DNA of 64,000 nt from an uncultured Bacteroidales bacterium (GCA_902775385.1 CACYMI010000001.1:22442-86441); one strand, 5' to 3'; numbered from the stretch's first letter, positions 55,468 to 64,000 are shown. Numbers and translations: made by a program. The notes: generated by a model not told the origin, from the letters alone.

Positions 55468-56941
55468 CGCTGGTCAGTATCTGATAAATCCGTTCCATAT
55501 CCACATGCTGACGTACATGGTCAGCGAGTTTATTGTATTGCTCTTCCTTGAATTCGGCATAACTCTTCGGTCTGTCTGCCAGCCTGACGGCTTTATGCTT
55601 TCTAAGCAAGTGATCAATGACGGGCTGGTTGTCAAGGAATCCGTGAATATATGTTCCGATGCAATGGCCGGTCTGCACAATAGCCTCATCAGTGTCGCTG
55701 ATGCCCTGGTGAATCTCGTAGCCGCTGCACTCCTGCCCGTCGAAGGTAAAGGTAACCTGCCTGGTGGTCTTGGCTGCACCCATTGTGGTATGAATGGGCA
55801 AAAGTCCAAGACCGGGCAAAGCGGTAATGCTCCCCTCCACCCCATCGGGGTCTGTGATGGTCTGCCCCAGCATCTGATAGCCTCCGCAAATACCAACTAC
55901 CGTTTTCCCTTCACGATGGGCTTGCAAGATGGCACGGGCACAACCATTATGCCGGAGTTCCGACAGATCATCCAAAGTGGATTTCGTACCAGGCAGAATG
56001 ATGATGTCGGCCTGCAAAAGGTCCTTGGGATTATTGGTATAGAAAAGATTGACTCGCGGGTCGCGCTCCAGCACATCGAAATCAGTGAAATTAGAGATAT
56101 GGCGCAGCAAGACAATAGCTATGTTCAACTGGGAGTGGGAGGCGGAAAGCTGAAAGTTCTTCCGGGCAAGGCTGACAGAGTCCTCCTCCTCAATATGAAT
56201 ATCATTATAATAAGGTATAACGCCAAGAACGGGTATTCCGCAAATATCCTCCATCATCCGGCGGCCTTCCTGGAAGAGTCGCATATCACCCCTGAACTTG
56301 TTGATGAGTATGCCCTTGATATACTGTCTGTCAGCCGGCGTCTGCAACATGATACTGCCATAGACTGATGCGAAAACGCCCCCACGGTCAATATCGCTGA
56401 CCAGGATAACATCAGCCTTAGCATGCCGGGCCATAGGAAGATTCACTAGGTCGGTATCTCTCAGGTTAATCTCGGAAATACTGCCGGCTCCCTCCATGAC
56501 AATGGGATTATAACGCGAAGAAAGGCGGTCAAAAGCGTCATGGACTTCTTTCCGGAAATCAACGTCCCCGCTCTCTGTAGGATTCCCTTCCCTGGTGGAG
56601 GGGTTAGAGGCTGGCTTCCTCCAATAATCATAGGCACTCTTATTACCTATGGGCCTGCCATGCAGTACTACCTGAGAGGTATGGTCTGAGTTGGGCTTCA
56701 GAAGCAGGGGATTCATATCCGTATGACAGGGGACACCTGCCGCCTCGGCTTGAACGGCCTGAGCCCGTCCGATCTCCAAACCGTCTGGTGTGACAAAACT
56801 GTTCAGCGCCATGTTCTGAGCTTTGAAGGGTGCAGGATGGTAGCCGTCCTGCAGGAAGATACGGCAGAACGCTGCGGCTATTATACTCTTGCCGACATCG
56901 CTGCCCGTTCCCGCAAACATTATGGGATGGAGTGATTTCAT
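55460..56941 (-). CDS. cobQ: Cobyric acid synthase
   Basis: Motifs GTGSDVGKS and VMEGAGSISEINL, with GATase motifs VVGICGGYQMLG and GTYIHGF. Confidence 0.93.
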   Translation of the reverse strand: MKSLHPIMFAGTGSDVGKSIIAAAFCRIFLQDGYHPAPFKAQNMALNSFVTPDGLEIGRAQAVQAEAAGVPCHTDMNPLLLKPNSDHTSQVVLHGRPIGNKSAYDYWRKPASNPSTREGNPTESGDVDFRKEVHDAFDRLSSRYNPIVMEGAGSISEINLRDTDLVNLPMARHAKADVILVSDIDRGGVFASVYGSIMLQTPADRQYIKGILINKFRGDMRLFQEGRRMMEDICGIPVLGVIPYYNDIHIEEEDSVSLARKNFQLSASHSQLNIAIVLLRHISNFTDFDVLERDPRVNLFYTNNPKDLLQADIIILPGTKSTLDDLSELRHNGCARAILQAHREGKTVVGICGGYQMLGQTITDPDGVEGSITALPGLGLLPIHTTMGAAKTTRQVTFTFDGQECSGYEIHQGISDTDEAIVQTGHCIGTYIHGFLDNQPVIDHLLRKHKAVRLADRPKSYAEFKEEQYNKLADHVRQHVDMERIYQILTSDD

Positions 56942-56942
56942 G

Positions 56943-57701
56943 CTACTGCGTTATCCTATAACTCATTAACTCGGGATCAAAACAGATGCCGTCAGCCTGG
57001 ATAAAGCGTGTAAGCTCACCGTTCCGCGACAGTTCGGCGGGTGAGCCTATAACTACCTGGCCGGGATACATAATCCACAGGCGGTCACTCAACTGCAATG
57101 CCATCTCTACATCATGGGTACTGAGGAAGATTACCTTACGCATCTCGTGGGCCAGACGACGCAGAAGACGCATCATCTCAACCTTACTGGGGAAATCCAG
57201 GAAGGCTGTGGGCTCATCCAACAGAATGACAGGTGTCTGCTGCGCCAGCACCTTGGCTATCATTACCTTCTGGCGCTCACCATCACTGAGGGTATTGAAC
57301 ATGCGCTTCTCCAATGTGCTGATGCCTGCCAACAGCATAGCTTCCGTTACATACTGGTTATCCTCTGCTGTAAGCCTGCCCCAGAACCCCGTATAGGGAC
57401 TGCGCCCCATGCCTACCATGTCACGCACAGTCATATTCTGCACATCGGGGCGCTCGGTCAGTACTACGCCTATAAGCTTGCTGAGCTGTGCGCTGGAGAG
57501 GGTGTCGATGTCCTTACCCTGCAGCAGCATCCGTCCCTTCAGAGGGGGCAGAAAGGTACAGAGGGTACGAAGCAGGGTGCTCTTCCCCACTCCATTAGGC
57601 CCCAGGAGGCTGGTGAGCTCCCCGGGGACCAGTGAGGCGTTGATATCCGGCGTTACGGTCATGTTACCGTAACCGGTGGATAAATGCTGTAACTCAAACA
57701 T
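56943..57701 (-). CDS. ABC importer ATP-binding protein (FecE/BtuD-like)
   Basis: Walker A GPNGVGKST, signature LSDGERQKV, Walker B VILLDEPT. Confidence 0.92.
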   Translation of the reverse strand: MFELQHLSTGYGNMTVTPDINASLVPGELTSLLGPNGVGKSTLLRTLCTFLPPLKGRMLLQGKDIDTLSSAQLSKLIGVVLTERPDVQNMTVRDMVGMGRSPYTGFWGRLTAEDNQYVTEAMLLAGISTLEKRMFNTLSDGERQKVMIAKVLAQQTPVILLDEPTAFLDFPSKVEMMRLLRRLAHEMRKVIFLSTHDVEMALQLSDRLWIMYPGQVVIGSPAELSRNGELTRFIQADGICFDPELMSYRITQ

Positions 57702-59299
57702 TATTCAATAGCCGTGCAGTATTTGTAGCCTAAACGACGGTAGGTCTGCTGCAGGAGGGGAAGACGCTTGCGGAAGTTGTCATAGTTCTTAGCCTCGGGA
57801 GTCATCCACTGAACCTCAGCCATGGCTGCCAGACGGGGCAGCAGCATGTACATGGCATGGTCAGGACTACTTACATACTCGGCCCACAGGTTGCACTGGG
57901 CACCCAGGATATACTTACCCTCCTCGGGAGTCAGTTCGGCAGGAACGGGCTCCATACTGTACACCTTACTTACAGGCAGATAACCGCCGATAGCCAAGGG
58001 CTGTGCATTCTGGTCCTTGAGCTGGTAATAGTCGATGTAACAGTTGTTGGTGGGAGTCATAATCACACGGTGGTGCAGACGAGCCGCCTCAATACCGCCT
58101 TCGTAGCCACGCCAGGACATAACAGTGGCGTTTTCGCTCAAACCACCCTCAAGGGTCTCATCCCATCCGATAAGCTCACGACCCTTCTCGGCCAGGAACC
58201 GCTCCATCTCCTTGTTGATATAGGTCTGCAGCCCGGCCTCCTTCTGAAGTCCGAGTTCCTTCATCTTAGCCTGACACTTGGGGCACTGCTGCCAACGGGT
58301 ACGCGGACTCTCGTCACCGCCAATATGGATATACTTACCGGGGAACACATCGCAGAGTTCACCATATACTTTCTTCAGGAATTCCAAAGTCTTAGGATTG
58401 CCGGCACAGAGCACATCATGCGAGATTCCCCACTGACACCATACGGAATAAGGGCCTCCTGTACATCCCAGTTCGGGATAGACACTCAGGGCTGCTACCA
58501 TGTGACCGGGAAGGTCTATCTCGGGGATAACGGTTATATAGCGTTCTGCGGCATATTCCACAATAGCCTTCATCTGGTTCTGGGTATAATAACCCTCCTC
58601 TGGCGTATCATCGAATATGGTATTGGCAGCATCACGCAACCCGACGTTTTTCCCGATAATAGTATGAGGACGATAGCCTGCCTTCCTGGCCAACTCGGGG
58701 AGTGACTTTACCTCGAAGCGCCAGCCCTGGTCATCAGTAAGATGCCAGTGGAACTTATTGACGCCATGCAGTGCCAGGATATCAATGTACTGCCGGATGA
58801 ACTCGATGGGGAAGAAATGACGGGCGCAGTCCAGCATGACGCCGCGATAGGCGAAGCGGGGCTCGTCCTGTATGGTTACGTAGGGAAGGCGGATGGTGTC
58901 GCCCTTCTCGCCTTCGATGCTCTTGCGGAGGGTCTGGATGGCATAGAATACGCCGCTCTCGCTGGCACCCTGGATACTGATGCCCTTCTTGTTTACAGTA
59001 ATCGTATATGCATCGGGATTGGGATTCTGAAGGCCCAGGGAGATTTGCATAACGGCCTTGGACTTCTTAGTGGCAACTTCGGGAATCACACCCAGGTATT
59101 CCTGGGCGAACTGTGCGTTGCGCAACATCTTAGCGTTCTCGGCGGGATAGGCTACACCCTGCCCTTTGACAAGCAGGACAACATTGCCTCCGGGCTCCAT
59201 GTTTACGGAACGGGGCATGGGTATCACCTGATAGGTTACATTGGCATGTGCAGCTACTGTCATGGCGGCTGCCACAAAGAATGACGATAGTTTTCTCAT
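57701..59299 (-). CDS. GH20 beta-N-acetylhexosaminidase (secreted), embedded in the B12 transport operon
   Basis: Signal peptide. Motifs IQDEPRFAYRGVMLD, KFHWHLTDDQGWRFEV and IGGDES. Its stop TAA shares one nucleotide with the ATG of the ABC ATPase (TAATG). Confidence 0.92.
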   Translation of the reverse strand: MRKLSSFFVAAAMTVAAHANVTYQVIPMPRSVNMEPGGNVVLLVKGQGVAYPAENAKMLRNAQFAQEYLGVIPEVATKKSKAVMQISLGLQNPNPDAYTITVNKKGISIQGASESGVFYAIQTLRKSIEGEKGDTIRLPYVTIQDEPRFAYRGVMLDCARHFFPIEFIRQYIDILALHGVNKFHWHLTDDQGWRFEVKSLPELARKAGYRPHTIIGKNVGLRDAANTIFDDTPEEGYYTQNQMKAIVEYAAERYITVIPEIDLPGHMVAALSVYPELGCTGGPYSVWCQWGISHDVLCAGNPKTLEFLKKVYGELCDVFPGKYIHIGGDESPRTRWQQCPKCQAKMKELGLQKEAGLQTYINKEMERFLAEKGRELIGWDETLEGGLSENATVMSWRGYEGGIEAARLHHRVIMTPTNNCYIDYYQLKDQNAQPLAIGGYLPVSKVYSMEPVPAELTPEEGKYILGAQCNLWAEYVSSPDHAMYMLLPRLAAMAEVQWMTPEAKNYDNFRKRLPLLQQTYRRLGYKYCTAIE

Positions 59300-59308
59300 A
59301 TTACTTTT

Positions 59309-59340
59309 AATTTAAGTTTCGGAAGCTACGGTTCCTTTTA
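59309..59340 (+). repeat. Partial copy c of the ~90-bp repeat family (TTTAAGTTTCGGAAGCTACGGTTCCTTTTA)
   Basis: Matches the first ~30 nt of copies a and b. It lies in the 38-nt gap between the permease stop and the GH20 start. Confidence 0.8.
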
Positions 59341-60360
59341 TCTTCTCTTCAGTATCACATATAATATCACGGGCGCTCCTATAAGCGGTGTGAGCACGTT
59401 GACGGGAATAATGCTGCCGCTGGAGGGCATAGTACATAACAGATTGCACAGCAGGGTAAGGCAACCGCCTGTGAGCATGGTTCCGGGAAGCATAATCCTG
59501 TGACTGCTGGTACGCAGGGTCATACGGGCTATATGGGGAACAGCCAGCCCGAGGAAGGATACGGGACCGCAGAATGCTGTGGTGGTGGCAGTGAGCAGAC
59601 CGGTACAGAGCAGCACCCAATTACGGGTACGGTGTACGTTGACTCCCAGATTGGCGGCATAGCGTTCGCCCAGCAGGATGGCATCCAGGGGCTTTACCAA
59701 CAGGAAGGCCCCGGTAAGGCCTGATGCCAGCAATATACAGTAGAGAGGCAGACGGTCCATGCTTACGCCGCTGAAGTTGCCCATTCCCCAGACGATGTAG
59801 TTATGCACACCCTCTTCTGTGGCGCTGTAGTTCAGCAGAGAGATAACGGAACCTGTGACATAGCTTATGACAACGCCTGTTATCAGAAGCATGACCGGGT
59901 TACGCAGGAGGGAGGATAGCATGAGGAGGAGCAGCATGATGCACAGTGCGCCTGTCATTGCCGCCAGAATCACCAGCAGATAGCCGCCTACACTCAGGCT
60001 GCCCAATGTAACGGTGCCGCTCAGGAGCAGCATTACCAGGGCTACGCCTAAGTTGGCGCCTGCATCGATACCCAGAATACTGGGGCCGGCCAGGGGGTTG
60101 CGGAACAGTGTCTGAAGCATCAGACCGCAGGTGCTGAGCGACATGCCGCAGAGCAGGGCGGTAAGCATCTGGGGAACGCGGCTCTCCAGGATGATATAGG
60201 TCCACTGAGGATGTTCAGGCACCGGTTCGCCTGACAGAATACGCAGCACATCGGCCACGGGGATACTGAGCGACCCCCACAGCAGATTGGCCATTGCCAG
60301 CAACAGCAAGGCTACTGTCAGAACTGAGATGATGGCACTATGTCTCATTGCAAGGGACAA
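59338..60360 (-). CDS. FecCD/BtuC-family ABC importer permease (second)
   Basis: Polytopic membrane protein with the motif GPVSFLGLAVPHIAR. Confidence 0.92.
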   Translation of the reverse strand: MSLAMRHSAIISVLTVALLLLAMANLLWGSLSIPVADVLRILSGEPVPEHPQWTYIILESRVPQMLTALLCGMSLSTCGLMLQTLFRNPLAGPSILGIDAGANLGVALVMLLLSGTVTLGSLSVGGYLLVILAAMTGALCIMLLLLMLSSLLRNPVMLLITGVVISYVTGSVISLLNYSATEEGVHNYIVWGMGNFSGVSMDRLPLYCILLASGLTGAFLLVKPLDAILLGERYAANLGVNVHRTRNWVLLCTGLLTATTTAFCGPVSFLGLAVPHIARMTLRTSSHRIMLPGTMLTGGCLTLLCNLLCTMPSSGSIIPVNVLTPLIGAPVILYVILKRR

Positions 60361-61436
60361 AAATACGCTTTTTCCTGCTTAATACCAAGTTCGGGATGTA
60401 AAATCTGAATCAGATTGCCCAACAGGACATCGGGATGGAAGGGTGTCTCCTCATAGAAGCAGCTGGTGTAGGTGTCGCACAGGCATATCCTGGCGGGTAT
60501 ATTGCTTAATGCGGGGACATCCCGGACAATCTGTTCACGGGTGAGCCTGCCATGATGTTTTATCAGCCAGACCTGCGCGGTCAGGGCTCTGTCAAGTACA
60601 CGCTCAATACTGAGGGCCGTACTGCCGGACCCTTCTATGTCACGGAACAGATAATCGGCACCGGCATCCTGGTACATGATGCCCATGGTACTCTGTCCGC
60701 CGGGAACATACCAATAGCCGCTCTGTGGGGTCTCGCAGATCAGGCGGGGCTTCTGCTGAGCCTTGGAGGCTGCCTGACGGAGGCGCAGGTAGGAACGCTC
60801 CGTCTGCAAAAACAGGCTGTCCACCAGTGCGGCTTTTCCCAGCAGTCGTCCGTAGAACCTGATCCATTCAGCCCTTCCCAGAGGAGTGCTCTCCATATAC
60901 TCGGCACATTCTATCAGCGGTATCCCCATACGTTCCAGTCTGCCGTATCCACCGCTGTTCTCGAAGGGGCTCAACATGATAGCATCAGGCTGCAGAGCCA
61001 TGATACGCTCCAGATTAGGCTCCATTCCATTACCCAGATTTATGACACGTCCCTCCTTCAGCGCCCTATGAATGTAAGGAATATGTATGTATTCCGGTTC
61101 GCATATCCCGCCGATTCGGTCCTTGCAACCTAACTCCATGAGCAGAGAGCAGTGAACGGAGGTAAAGACCGCAAGCTTCTTCAGCGGAACCACCACCTCG
61201 CCTTTCATACCCTGAGGCTCCTTTACCAATGTATAAGAGTTCAGTACACGGGTAGTATCCCAGGGATTACGAATAGTAACCTGCGTATAGTGGGGATATT
61301 CTACAATGGTCAGGTTACGGGCATAACGCAAGGGGATGGTATCACCATCGGCAGTATCTTGTCTGACCTGCCGACCGCCACATGCAGCCAGCGAGCAAAC
61401 CAGCAACAGCAACAATATCACTTTTTCACTTTTCAT
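60345..61436 (-). CDS. ABC importer periplasmic substrate-binding lipoprotein (second, BtuF-like)
   Basis: Lipoprotein signal LVCSLAACGG and the motif QPDAIMLSP. It overlaps the permease by 16 nt. Confidence 0.85.
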   Translation of the reverse strand: MKSEKVILLLLLVCSLAACGGRQVRQDTADGDTIPLRYARNLTIVEYPHYTQVTIRNPWDTTRVLNSYTLVKEPQGMKGEVVVPLKKLAVFTSVHCSLLMELGCKDRIGGICEPEYIHIPYIHRALKEGRVINLGNGMEPNLERIMALQPDAIMLSPFENSGGYGRLERMGIPLIECAEYMESTPLGRAEWIRFYGRLLGKAALVDSLFLQTERSYLRLRQAASKAQQKPRLICETPQSGYWYVPGGQSTMGIMYQDAGADYLFRDIEGSGSTALSIERVLDRALTAQVWLIKHHGRLTREQIVRDVPALSNIPARICLCDTYTSCFYEETPFHPDVLLGNLIQILHPELGIKQEKAYFCPLQ

Positions 61437-61484
61437 TCTTCACTCTTGACTCTTGACCCTCCAAAATTCTTCACTCTTCACTAA
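61437..61484 (-). repeat. Heptamer array GTSAAGA (x2 + x3) running into the binding-protein start codon
   Basis: The minus strand reads gtgaaga gtgaaga attttggagg gtcaaga gtcaaga gtgaaga ATG. Confidence 0.85.
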
Positions 61485-61485
61485 A

Positions 61486-63513
61486 TCACTTCCTTCCCCA
61501 TTGCGGTTTGATTTCCAGGAAAATCCCGAAGTTTCGTCCTGGCATGGGGCGCGATAGTACGGTTACATACTCTGATCCCAACAGATTATTGACCACCCCT
61601 TTCAGCGAGGCATGAACCTTTCGCCATCGGAAGGTTTTCTCCAGCGTGATATCATTCATATAATAAGGCTTCAACCGACCCGTAATGTAGGAAACCTCGT
61701 TACTGGTAGTAGTAAAACGCTCGCTGTAGTAGGTCCATTGGTACGAAAGACTCCATGTACGCCACGAAACCCGACCGTTTACATTAGCCGAATGGCGCGG
61801 CACATATACCAGCTGCTTACCGTAAGAGGCATCGTTGGCATCCGACTTATCGCTCTTATTAATGCTAGGCGTATAGGCGTAGTTACCAGTCAGAGACACC
61901 TTCCATTGGTGATTCAACTTCAACTCTGCTGTTGCCATCATCTCCGTTCCGTAGTTGTGCACCTTCTTCAGGTTCGAGGGCTGCCAATAACCTTTAGCAT
62001 TGGGCGTCCATAGAATCCAATCGGTAATATAGGAATCAAAAGCCGAGAGGTTCAGCTTGAGCGAGAATGCTCTGAGCTGAAGGAAGCCCTCTATGCCGCC
62101 GTCATAAGTAAAGCCCTGCTCGGGTTTCAGATTGGGATTGCCTCCAGGCTTGAAGTAGAGGTCATCCATGGCGGGATAACGATAGTTCCGGGCTACGGAG
62201 GCCTTGAAAACAAACAGCCGTCCCCTGCCCTCTCCTATGGAGGGGGTGGAGATTCCTGGTATCTGATATTCCATAAACAGGGCGGGAATGACTGGGACAA
62301 AGTCGTTCTTGTAACATTCCTCACGAAGCACCGCTGAGAGCGTCAGGTTCTTTAAGGGGCGGTATTTGGCAGAAAGGCTCATGTTATATTCAGCCTGACC
62401 CAAATTATAGTTATCACCGATGTGGAAGGGACTTTTGTCCTCGCTCTTCACATGATTATAATAGACTGAGGCATTAGCAGTCAGCAACCAATTGGAACGC
62501 GGCATCCAATCCGCATTGGCCTGGAGATAGGCCTGATGGCTGATGCTGCGAGAATGCGTGATATCTGTATTGACAGCCTCTCGGGTAGTGGTATAGTCGT
62601 AAGCGATATCCTGCCACACATAACCGGCACGGGCACCGATATTCCACTTTTCAAAGGTCTTATCCCAACAGAGCACACCACGGATGGCATCCTGCTTATG
62701 CTCGTTCCTGAAATCGGTATTGTCCTTATAGTCCACGCTCAGGAAAGGCAGTCCGCGCAAGCTGTGCGCATACCATAGCATAACCCCGAACCTGCCAGCC
62801 GCAGGGCTGTTGTAATAGATATCCTGCATCACATGAACATCATCGAAGTACCCGCTCTTGTTGCGCTCCACAGGGTGACCGATCTTGTCGTAGTTAGTAT
62901 ATTTGAAGTCGTTCCTGGAGGTAGAATACACTGCCCTGGTGCTGGTGCTCCAGCGTTCACCTCCGTAGGTAAAACGCAGGAACTGGTCATACGTGCTATA
63001 AGAACCGATACCCTGAATATACTGTACGGCATAGCCCTGATTAAAGAGGGGCAATGTATGCATATCCACCGCTCCGCCTAAACCGCCTCCGATAACGGTC
63101 AGCGAGGAGGCTCCATGCAGCAATCGCGCGTTATCCACAAAGTAAGAAGGGATGGTGCTGAAGTCCACCGTGCCCAACATGGGCGAGTTAATCTTCATAC
63201 CGTTCCACAACACCTGCGTATGACTTGGTGAAGTCCCACGGAATTCTGCGGTAGATTCGGTGGCCCTGCCGTAGCTTTTGATGAAGAGTGTGGAGTGCCG
63301 CGTAAGGATATCAGACATGCTGAGGGCTATGTTCTGATGCAGCAATGCAGTGTCCAGCACAGTCTGCTGAACACCTGCATCCCTCATACGACGGACAGCA
63401 TTTACCTGAACCTCGCGTAACTGGCGGTCTTGGGCAAATAAGCTATCACCTCTGAAACCCTCTTGTAGGGGGAGGATTATCAATGCTGATAAAATCAGGA
63501 ATACCTTTCTCAT
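61486..63513 (-). CDS. TonB-dependent receptor (BtuB-like)
   Basis: Signal peptide, plug region (TESTAEFRGTSPSHTQVLWNGMKIN), and a 22-strand-sized barrel of 675 aa. It carries two hairpin-element-derived segments (codons PLQEGFRGD and SIGEGRGRL). Confidence 0.88.
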   Translation of the reverse strand: MRKVFLILSALIILPLQEGFRGDSLFAQDRQLREVQVNAVRRMRDAGVQQTVLDTALLHQNIALSMSDILTRHSTLFIKSYGRATESTAEFRGTSPSHTQVLWNGMKINSPMLGTVDFSTIPSYFVDNARLLHGASSLTVIGGGLGGAVDMHTLPLFNQGYAVQYIQGIGSYSTYDQFLRFTYGGERWSTSTRAVYSTSRNDFKYTNYDKIGHPVERNKSGYFDDVHVMQDIYYNSPAAGRFGVMLWYAHSLRGLPFLSVDYKDNTDFRNEHKQDAIRGVLCWDKTFEKWNIGARAGYVWQDIAYDYTTTREAVNTDITHSRSISHQAYLQANADWMPRSNWLLTANASVYYNHVKSEDKSPFHIGDNYNLGQAEYNMSLSAKYRPLKNLTLSAVLREECYKNDFVPVIPALFMEYQIPGISTPSIGEGRGRLFVFKASVARNYRYPAMDDLYFKPGGNPNLKPEQGFTYDGGIEGFLQLRAFSLKLNLSAFDSYITDWILWTPNAKGYWQPSNLKKVHNYGTEMMATAELKLNHQWKVSLTGNYAYTPSINKSDKSDANDASYGKQLVYVPRHSANVNGRVSWRTWSLSYQWTYYSERFTTTSNEVSYITGRLKPYYMNDITLEKTFRWRKVHASLKGVVNNLLGSEYVTVLSRPMPGRNFGIFLEIKPQWGRK

Positions 63514-63560
63514 TCTTTTATTAATCCCGCCCTAAAGGAAGGGTTTGGGAGGGTCACACT

Positions 63561-64000
63561 TCATTCCAGATGCGCATCTCCAATATAATACACCTCAGTA
63601 CTGATATCGCCCAAGTTGGGTGTAGAACCGGTCTGTCCCGTCTGAATCTTTATAAAATCAATGTACTGCAGGTTAGCTGGCTGTCCGTCGTATGTACGGG
63701 CATTGGAAATCTTGTAATAGCCCATTCTGCCTGCAGGTCCGGCTATAACGTCGTTCAGGTTATCCACATAACCCCAATCGTATGGTGGTATATCAGAAAT
63801 ACCTTTCTCGTAAGTACTGCGGTCACGAAGACGGGAGCCAAAGTATGTCCGCTTGTTGCCCTGCACCCAAGGCTGCCAATAGTAAGGTGATGGGTTCCAA
63901 TAGCTTAGGTAAGGAACATACCCGGTATCGTTGTTGCTGTCGCGCCACCCCACGGCCGACTTAGGCTTCTCGGGTTTAAAGTAGGTGATAGCATACTCAC
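63561..64000 (-). CDS. Hypothetical protein, C-terminal part only (the ORF is open to the window edge), upstream of the TonB receptor
   Basis: The frame stays open upstream of the GTG the track used as start (...EYAITYFKPEKPKSAVGWRDSNND...). The sequence is aromatic-rich (WNPSPYYWQPW). I cannot assign a family by eye. Confidence 0.5.
   Translation of the reverse strand, partial: EYAITYFKPEKPKSAVGWRDSNNDTGYVPYLSYWNPSPYYWQPWVQGNKRTYFGSRLRDRSTYEKGISDIPPYDWGYVDNLNDVIAGPAGRMGYYKISNARTYDGQPANLQYIDFIKIQTGQTGSTPNLGDISTEVYYIGDAHLE

Overview
The window looks like a Bacteroidota (Bacteroidales, Prevotella-like) chromosome segment. This is inferred from the SusC/SusD pairs, TAnnTTTG -7 promoter boxes, lipoprotein signals and fused cbi genes. 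Almost all of it is conventional. From left to right it contains: the 3' part of a class A PBP; a 17-kb enzyme-free nutrient-uptake locus made of two tandem fasciclin-lipoprotein/SusC/SusD modules; comF; gdhA; a response-regulator/ATP-grasp (PPDK_N-type) protein translationally coupled to an alanine:cation symporter; thiD; tRNA-Arg(CCG); DPP-IV; a TIGR01212 radical SAM gene; a GH20 hexosaminidase plus a third fasciclin lipoprotein; a 1.1-kb gene-free, highly repetitive region; and an orphan AAA_14/DUF4143 ATPase. From 36.2 kb to the window end there is a roughly 28-kb cobalamin supercluster in three parts. Part 1 is a B12-riboswitch-controlled minus-strand operon: two TonB receptors, an exported CbiK-like lipoprotein, cbiHC, cbiET, cbiGF, cbiD, and an ABC binding protein plus permease. 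Part 2 is the divergent cbiA-cobS-cobU-cobT. Part 3 is a second minus-strand operon: unknown protein, TonB receptor, binding protein, permease, GH20, ABC ATPase, cobQ, cobD, cbiB. I found no CRISPR array, transposase, integrase or recognisable defence operon. Three kinds of observation seem most worth a second look. (a) The symmetric protein-free locus at 34.06-34.98 kb, with mirror arrays of 11-bp-phased TGTAGGC heptamers, perfect 16-20-bp palindromes, and twin operators in front of the orphan ATPase. (b) Families of short elements that recur between genes and apparently in frame inside cobT, cobQ and a TonB receptor: CCCTCTCC/GGAGAGGG hairpins, heptamer satellites, and a ~90-bp intergenic repeat. 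(c) Unusual gene linkages: GH20 inside a B12 transport operon, an importer without an ATPase, and a receiver-ATP-grasp protein coupled to a symporter. All functional calls come from motif recognition by eye. No database search was run.
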